Assembly (NCBI GenBank): GCA_002269645.1
Contig: NIVC01002129.1
Location: 215,389 to 279,388, forward strand
Reading direction: 5' to 3'
DNA: 64,000 nt
Origin: Macrostomum lignano
Lineage: Eukaryota
Shown here: positions 57,155 to 64,000 of the stretch, piece by piece
Layout of the letters: every line of letters starts with the position of its first letter
How positions within the stretch are numbered: position 1 is the stretch's first letter
Notes under the pieces: model-generated
What the model saw: only the letters and a program-made list of their open reading frames with translations
Told to the model about the DNA's origin: nothing
Database searches by the model: none
Made by a program: the position numbers and the translations under genes

Positions 57155-60100
57155 CGCTGCGGAGGCTGATGCAGCGGTTTCGAATGCATGAACTGGGGCG
57201 CGCGATGATGATCTCACTTGCTAAACTACTAGCTAATTGCAATAAAAATCATAGGCAATGATCGCAAATTTTTGCGAAACTGTTTGACGCACTTGTTTAC
57301 GATCAATATGTTAACAGTTGCTTTTTTGCTTATTTGTTTTTAACTGCATTCATTCCAAAATGTGTGATTAGGAAATTTTCTGCGTTTTGAATTTTCTGAA
57401 CATCAGATCATGCAGAGTGGTCCCAAGTTTTAAAAATCTGGACTGGAGTGAAACCTAAAAAACCCTTCTTGCAAGGACGAACGCACACAGTGATGCGGTC
57501 TAAGCTCTCCACCAAACCTATAGGAAGCCCCGGACGCTCCAAAAACACATAATTTTGACCTCGAATTGACAGCAATTATAATTCAGATAGATAGCTAGAG
57601 CTATGCTATAGAATTGCGAAGAACAAGAATACAGAAGACGCTTCGATTTCTTGAGTTGCCTTGTTGACACTGGATCGATTTAATGCAAAAGCACAGATTT
57701 GTCACCGACGTTAGATAAACGTCGGATCGGGAATGTCGGCCGGACGTCGGATTGCTGTACGGAGGCCCCAAATCCATCTCCGGCCCTACATGTAGCTCGA
57801 TCTTAGCTCCGCCCCCGGCCATAACCATAAGTTTTTGGGAAAAATGGCTGGGTCAAGTTGGTTAATGGCCAGCAGCTCTGTACTTGCCTGAATAATTATA
57901 GCCCTTCACATCCTGTACAGCAATTCGACGTCGGATCTCCCTTCTATCAAAAGCAAAAACATTTTTATCTGGAAAAAAAATCACCCTATTGATGGGTTTC
58001 GACCTTTCAGGCCCCTTGTGAGGAAGCCTTCGGTCCTCAGGTCTCAGAAATAAATCAATTAGAGTCCTGGCCCCCCACTCCTGTCAGATGGTCAGCCCCA
58101 TGGTAGCTTGATCGTGTGGCGAGCAGTCTAGGTCCTATAGCTAAGAGAGGGACAGCGAGAGACAAGCAGGGAGAATTTTGAAGGTAGAAATTAGCTAATC
58201 CGCAGACTAAGCTAACTCGCTGCCACCAGCCCGTGCGTCCTGGCTCACCACACCGGGACTCTCGAAATCGGGCTTCCGACTAGAAGGGGCTTTGCACTTA
58301 CCTGCCAACTAGTGTCTTTTTGCTGTCAATCTCGAAGTCATAGCCGATAATAAGGGACACTGCTGGGATTAGATCGCATTGGCCATGCAGGTACAGAGGG
58401 GACTTGTGCAGGGGATTCTTGCAGTGGCGAGTCTATGGGGTAGCTACATGTACTATCACATTGCTAAATACGAAGATATGTACTTTTGGCCTTCAACGCG
58501 CCAACTAGCCTCTCATAGCGCTGATGATAGACTAACTCGAACTTCAGAGACCGCATGATTCATTACCCGAGCCGCTTGGCTAACCTAGAGTGCACAAAGT
58601 ACATCTCTGGCGCCGATTCTCCACTTCTGGCAGTTTTGCTCACTGATTTGATTGATTAATCGACTGAGAACTGCCTGGCCATTGGTCCACTGTGACCCGC
58701 GCCTACTAGCTTAGCTACTCATCTGAGCCATCGGCGAACAAAGAAATAAAACCGATAAAAATAACTATTAGATTTAACCTTCTCCTTATATCTCTTCACA
58801 CCTCAGATTGAATTGGAGTTTCAGACTACTAGCAGTATTATTAAGTGATTTCTGCCTCAGTAACAGCACTACTGAACAAAATGAGCAAAAGTGTGCGCCT
58901 AGTTCAGCTACTGAAACAGGGGACAGATAAGGGATCACCCAATCAAGCAAGTCTAGGTAGCCTCTCACCCAACCAATCAGAAACTCAACAGCCGGAGACA
59001 AGGTAATCCACAGTGACCGAATCGGCTTGATGCTTCGCAGCTGTAGACTCGGGATGATGCTGTCACGATCTTCGCTGATAGCTAGCAGGTGATGATCTTT
59101 GCTTGATGTTCGCTGCTGTCGACCGGGGGACTCGTCCTTGATGATGATGGGGGAAGTCGCAATCCGGGGATCAAGAAACGACGGTCGTGCTCCGGGAACC
59201 AGAAGTTGCGCGCTGGGCCCGAGCCAAAGTTGAGTCCGAGCGGGCCAAAAACTCCGGTTTAAATAGCCGCCAACTGGACCGCAGTTTGTTATAATGGAAC
59301 ACGTCGATTCTGATTGGCTGAGCCGTTTTGTTAAAATGAGCGCCGAATTTTCTGATTGGCTAAGCTTGTTGCTACCCAGAATCACGTGACCGAGAGATCC
59401 TATCAGTTCCCACAGGGTCGTAAAAAGATGACAGGTGCGGCCATAAATCACTCAAAATCGCAACAAAATGATTTATGACCTTTCGCGTAGGTTTGACAGA
59501 AATTAATGAAAAAATATACAAGAAAGCTCTTATTAAATAGAAAGTGAAGATAATGAAGAGAAAACGCTAATTGCTAATCCCAAAGTACTTTTAGGGGTAA
59601 AACGCATAGCTGTCAAAGCTGTCACACGCTTGAGTGAATCCGAACAATAGGCTCAGACCTCATTGATGGCCTGTCAAAATGATGAGAAAAAAGCTACCGC
59701 CCGCATCCTCTCAGACCATCTGGCGCCCGTCTCAACACTGAGTGAGGCGCGGGTGGCTGTCAGACCAGCTTCGAAAGCGATGATTTATGACCCCAAAAGC
59801 AATGCCTATGTTATTATGACTACTAGTATGACCAGACATTATATTTAGTATAGATTTTGACAATTCGCAGAGAAAGGATAAAAATGCCCATCGCCCACTG
59901 TTAGTAGGCGAGTAAGTTTAGAGCCCATGTGCTAGCGCGGGATTTGGGAAAAGTGCGTCCTCATCACTATATTTTTCGGTATAAAACGGTACTTCGGTAT
60001 TAAAGTTTTCCAAGAAACGTACATGTAGTTTCCGTCCTTGTACTTCACTAGTAGTCCTTGAATAGCGTACAATTAATGTGCATAGATCTGTCTGTCGAAC

Positions 60101-62303
60101 TCTAGAAGCATATACAATATTTATTGCTTTGTATTGCCAACCCAATACTCGTACAGTAGTATATAAAAATCCACTATACTAACAATGGCACACCTCAATT
60201 GCAGTGTTTTGTTTTTTTAATATTTAATTTAAGCATTGACTGGAGAAAAATTTAAATGGTACTAGTGTAGCATAATTAGAATGGTACACTTATTAGTAGT
60301 AAGAGTAGCATATATTTCGTTAAGAAAAGAAAAATTCAAGTCGTTTTCTTCAGGATATACATGTACATGTACAGTAGCATCATCATAAATATATATTTTT
60401 TTGTCATGATGGACATATTTGGCTATTAATATCTTTAATATTTTTACTGCTAACTGTAAACAACTGCAGTAGGGGTTACAAATAAAATACATTGGTATCT
60501 TCTGAGGAATTCAACAATGATGATGCTGATGCTTGAAGAGTCCTACTATAGCATATGGCATAATCCAATGTATGATTACATAACTACTACAGATGCACAT
60601 AGGTCGGTATGCATATTAACGACATGTATGTCCTAAACATGTAAGTGTATGTGGGAGCTTTTAACAGCTTCACCAACATGTGACAGCATCAGCCACTGTT
60701 CAATGCTTTTATCTGTGGATAAGTAGACTGGTATATGTGCTTGGCTGGGGACCTGGGAATTCTCAGGGGATAGGGGACGTGGCTGGGGATGTGAGAACTG
60801 GCAATGGATAGACCTAGGATAGTGGCTGGGGATATGGTATAAGTTCAGATGGACTGAAAAGACTTAAAAAAGCAGACACTTAGCGTAGATTCGAAGAATT
60901 GATGAAAAAGTCTGCAGTCAACTTTTACACAGATACAAATATAAAACAGCATACACACAAGAATGTATTTAGAAATTCACGTGCGCACTTTATTGTTTGG
61001 ACAGAGCAAAAATAGCCAATAAGTAGGTCATACAACGTCCAAAAAAATCTGTTGAAAGTACTCCATCTGAAAAAATATAAAATTTGTAGTTGTAGTTATT
61101 TGCGTAGAAATCTTAACTTTTGAATGGTTTCAAGTCGCATGTTTACACATACTACTTACTGTGGGACAATAAAAAACTAGAGTGCAGCGCGAGAACTCCT
61201 AGTATCAATGTACATCGAATGTACACCCGGGAATTGGCATTAGTTTGGAGAGCGCGAACTAAGAGAAACTATAATTAAAATAATTAAGATAACGATTGCT
61301 ACTTTAGAAGGCGAACAAGACACAAAGCATAACAACTTAATGTTGTTTCAGTTATTGGAAAATAACGCAAGCATAACGCAACGTAGTGCCAATGTTTTAC
61401 AAATACAAATGAATAGAAGATTAAAATAGATACAAACAACGGATACTGCTTCTGCTTGCAACAAGATAAAATCATTCCATTTATGGTGCTGATAAGCTTA
61501 ATAAAAATATGAAGCTAAGGTGACGCACTTATTGAACTGTCTAATATATTAATATATTGTTTTTTATCCAGCCACCGATATGTATCGATAGCAAACTTTG
61601 TCCAAGACAAAATAATATAATGGTTGAGAGTCTAGCATCACAATGGGGTCAAGCGTTAATTAATTAGTTAGTTAATCAACCGGATTAAGTAATAACAGAG
61701 CCAGTTATAGTTTGCAGGTGAATCTAGGTGAACGGTTGCTTGTTTAAGTCGATTTCGGTAGATCGTAGGCTCTGCAAGAATTCGCGACATAACCATAAAT
61801 ATAGTTTACTGCATTCTGTTGTACTCTTAGTTGACAGTGGACAGTAGAAGAAGCGATGGACAGAAGGGCGGCAGGAGCACTGGGATTAGAGATTATCTGT
61901 CTTCCCGAGGGCTTGAGCATGAGTCTGAGCAAAAGGAAATCAGAGAATTAACAAGATCGCGATGCAGGTGATCGGGCTTCAGTCAGTCTGATATATCAGG
62001 AAATCAGGATCAGATTATAAGATAAGAAGCCTCAGCCGAGAAAGGATTAAGGGTTGAACGGGATTTGCCTTGGATTTCATTTTTATTTAACTTTTGCAGT
62101 ACATATCGTAGGAGTACAGTGGCTTTCTGAGTTAGAGCTGGCGGGCACATTAGCTTTCATTGCAACGGAAAATTTGTCAGACAAGTCGACTAGAGAAACT
62201 TCGAGACAGCCCATCGCAGTGAAGTACATGGTGTCAGACAAAGCTTTACTTTAATTGGACTCTATTCTGCGCGCTTAAGGTTGGTAAGCCCTTTTCGTTA
62301 CAG

Positions 62304-62963
62304 TAGGGGTCGGCAAACTCTCTGGCCTCAAGCCTCTCTATCCGGCCCTCAGGCCCTCAGGTCACTTGAAACTTCCCAATATCAATCTGGGCCGCTCAAT
62401 TCTTGCGTCTCCTCTCAACTATCTCATCTATAATCTCATATTCCTCTCTTCCCTTCTCTCCTCTCGTGTCTCTCCTCTTCTCTCTCTTCCTCTCCTCTCC
62501 TCTCCTTGTCTTCCTCTCCTCTCCTCTCCCTTCTCTTTCTCTCCTTCCCTCTGCCTTCTCTTCCTCTCCTCTCGTCTCCCTTCTCTTCCTCTCCTCTCCT
62601 CTCCTTTCTCTTCCTCTCCTCTCCTCTCCTCTCCCTTCCTTCCTCTCCTCTCCCTTCTCTTCCTCTCCTCTCCCTTCTCTTCCTCTCCTCTCCCTTCTCT
62701 TCCTCTCCTCTCCCTTCTCTTCCTCTCCTCTCCCTTCTCTTCTCTCCTCTCCATTCTCTTACTCTTCTCTCCATTCTCTTCCTCTCCTCTCCCTTCTCTT
62801 CCTCTCCTCTCCATTCTCTTACTCTTCTCTCCATTCTCTTCCTCTCCTCTCCCTTCTCTTCCTCTCCTTTTCTTTTATTTTGTCTTTGCTGTCTTCTGGC
62901 CCGCAGTCATGCGCTAGATTGTCGATCTTACCCTTCTGGAGATAAAAAGTTCACCAACCGTTG
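62304..62963 (+). mobile_element. Degenerate hAT-like MITE carrying an internal CT-rich array (copy 2)
   Basis: Left end TAGGGGTCGGCAAACT...CTCTCTATCCGGCCCTC and right end ATGCGCTAGATT...GAGATAAAAAGTTCACCAACCGTTG align with the two ends of 22444-23606 in opposite orientation. Confidence 0.7.
62440..62870. repeat. CT-rich (CTCTC/CTT)n array
   Basis: Directly visible. Confidence 0.95.
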
Positions 62964-63115
62964 AATTACACCATCAGTCTGACACGGAATGAACGAGACT
63001 TTTAGATACGAATGATACTATCCAGAGCCCCAGACTGATCTAGGTAAAATAAGAAATCTAATATAAGTTCTAACTGGCGTAAGAATTGACAAGTGAACAA
63101 GTTCGGGTATCTCAC

Positions 63116-64000
63116 CCAAAGCTTTCCCATTGTTAGAGCAGTAGCAGCAGTTTCAGCTGCCGATGTTGCAACAAAACCATTCGATTGAGTATCTATCATT
63201 GATAGCGGACCGAATGGATCGGCGGAGGCGGCTGCTGCCCCAGTTGTTCGTTCGAATTGCGCATTGGCAGGCGGCGGTGGTAGATCGAACAGGTCGATTA
63301 AATCTTTAGCCGCTGCAGGAGTCTCCGATGCTGTTTCTGCTTTTGCTGCTGCTGTTGCTGCTTTTGCTGAAGCAGCAGCTTGCGGCTGCGGATTCGACAA
63401 GACCTGCATTGGCTGGAAGGGACTGATTTCAATATTCTGAGTAGATCTAATCTCGGCCCGGCAGAACGGGCAACTGCTAGTTTTGTCGTGCCGGTTCAAC
63501 TTCTGCGACCAGTCTTTAAAACAGCCCGGCAGAGCAGATGACCGCACGGCTCTAATTTAAGATCTTTATTATTCTCGGAGCAGATTTTGCACAGCTCAAA
63601 ACTGGAATCCATGTTTGAATAGATTTCGAATTCTTCAGCTGACACGGCAATTTGCTCTTTAGCTCGGCAGGATAAGAGGAATTGCAGATCTGGCGCCGCG
63701 CTGGGATCCATGCCCCTCGGATACAGATAGAGCCTCTGCTCGGCGCCTTCAACTAAAGCTTCAACGATAGATTTTCCATCTCTAATAACAGTCTGATTAA
63801 CTTTGCGACTGTTACTAACAAAACCAATTGACCAGAAGCCTAGCTTAGTGCAAAGATCGGCGGAACACAAAAACTAGCCGGCTTATCGCAGAGCTCTTCT
63901 TAGGCATTTCTTCACCTCCTCGTAGGTCATGTTGACGTAACCCGGATGCTTAACGGCCTAGCATCTTCCAGGTATTGAGTATGTTAGACCAAGGCATGAA
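63116..64000 (-). CDS. CBL: Cbl E3 ubiquitin ligase, partial exon (SH2-like part of TKB, linker, RING); five single-base frameshifts in this sequence
   Basis: After frame correction: FMPWSNILNTWKMLAVKHPGYVNMTYEEVKKCLEELCDKPASFVFRRSCTKLGFWSIGFV...EIYSNMDSSFELCKICSENNKDLKLEPCGHLLC..CFKDW...CPFCRAEI. This is colinear with Cbl. Donor tgg/gtgaga at 63116. The gene continues beyond the window. Confidence 0.9.

Noticed and set aside
57975-58050. Second hammerhead-like motif on the minus strand (CTGAGGA...GGTCGAAAC)
   Set aside because: Stem II does not close properly after the core, the candidate cleavage triplet would be GUG, and no stem I partner exists.
59663-59848. ILSDHLAPV resembling the SDH motif of a LINE AP endonuclease
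   Set aside because: Isolated short match with no other endonuclease or RT motifs nearby.
61744-62254. Possible downstream Cbl exons
   Set aside because: An acceptor near 61930 gives only a short frame in the required phase and no Cbl-like motifs; cannot be supported without transcripts.

Overview
Eukaryotic (animal) genomic DNA, not prokaryotic: spliceosomal introns, TTAGGG repeats and very long simple-sequence arrays. The kilobase (GATA)n tracts and minisatellite-filled introns resemble the flatworm Macrostomum lignano; this is an inference, not a database result. A large fraction of the window is tandem repeat. Recognisable protein genes, with exons inferred from splice sites and reading-frame continuity: STARD7-like (+, 3 exons), PrimPol (+, 4 exons), an ERK5/MAPK7-like MAP kinase (+, 6 exons, TVY activation motif), an intronless tetraspanin (-), a small secreted peptide precursor (+) and part of a Cbl E3 ligase (-) with five single-base frameshifts that look like long-read consensus errors. 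Also present: a decayed KDM3/JMJD1 JmjC relic, a 5'-truncated Penelope-like element with a hammerhead ribozyme inserted at a (GATA)n array, hAT- and Harbinger-type MITEs, two tRNA-derived CORE-like SINE copies, an interstitial telomeric tract and several orphan ORFs. The most interesting observations are the apparently permuted domain order and ribozyme of the Penelope-like element, an 18-unit repeat in PrimPol that is either coding or a stop-free 3n intron, the TVY MAPK, the candidate neuropeptide gene, and a hAT MITE family carrying an expandable polypurine array. Most long ORFs in the supplied track are artefacts of simple repeats.
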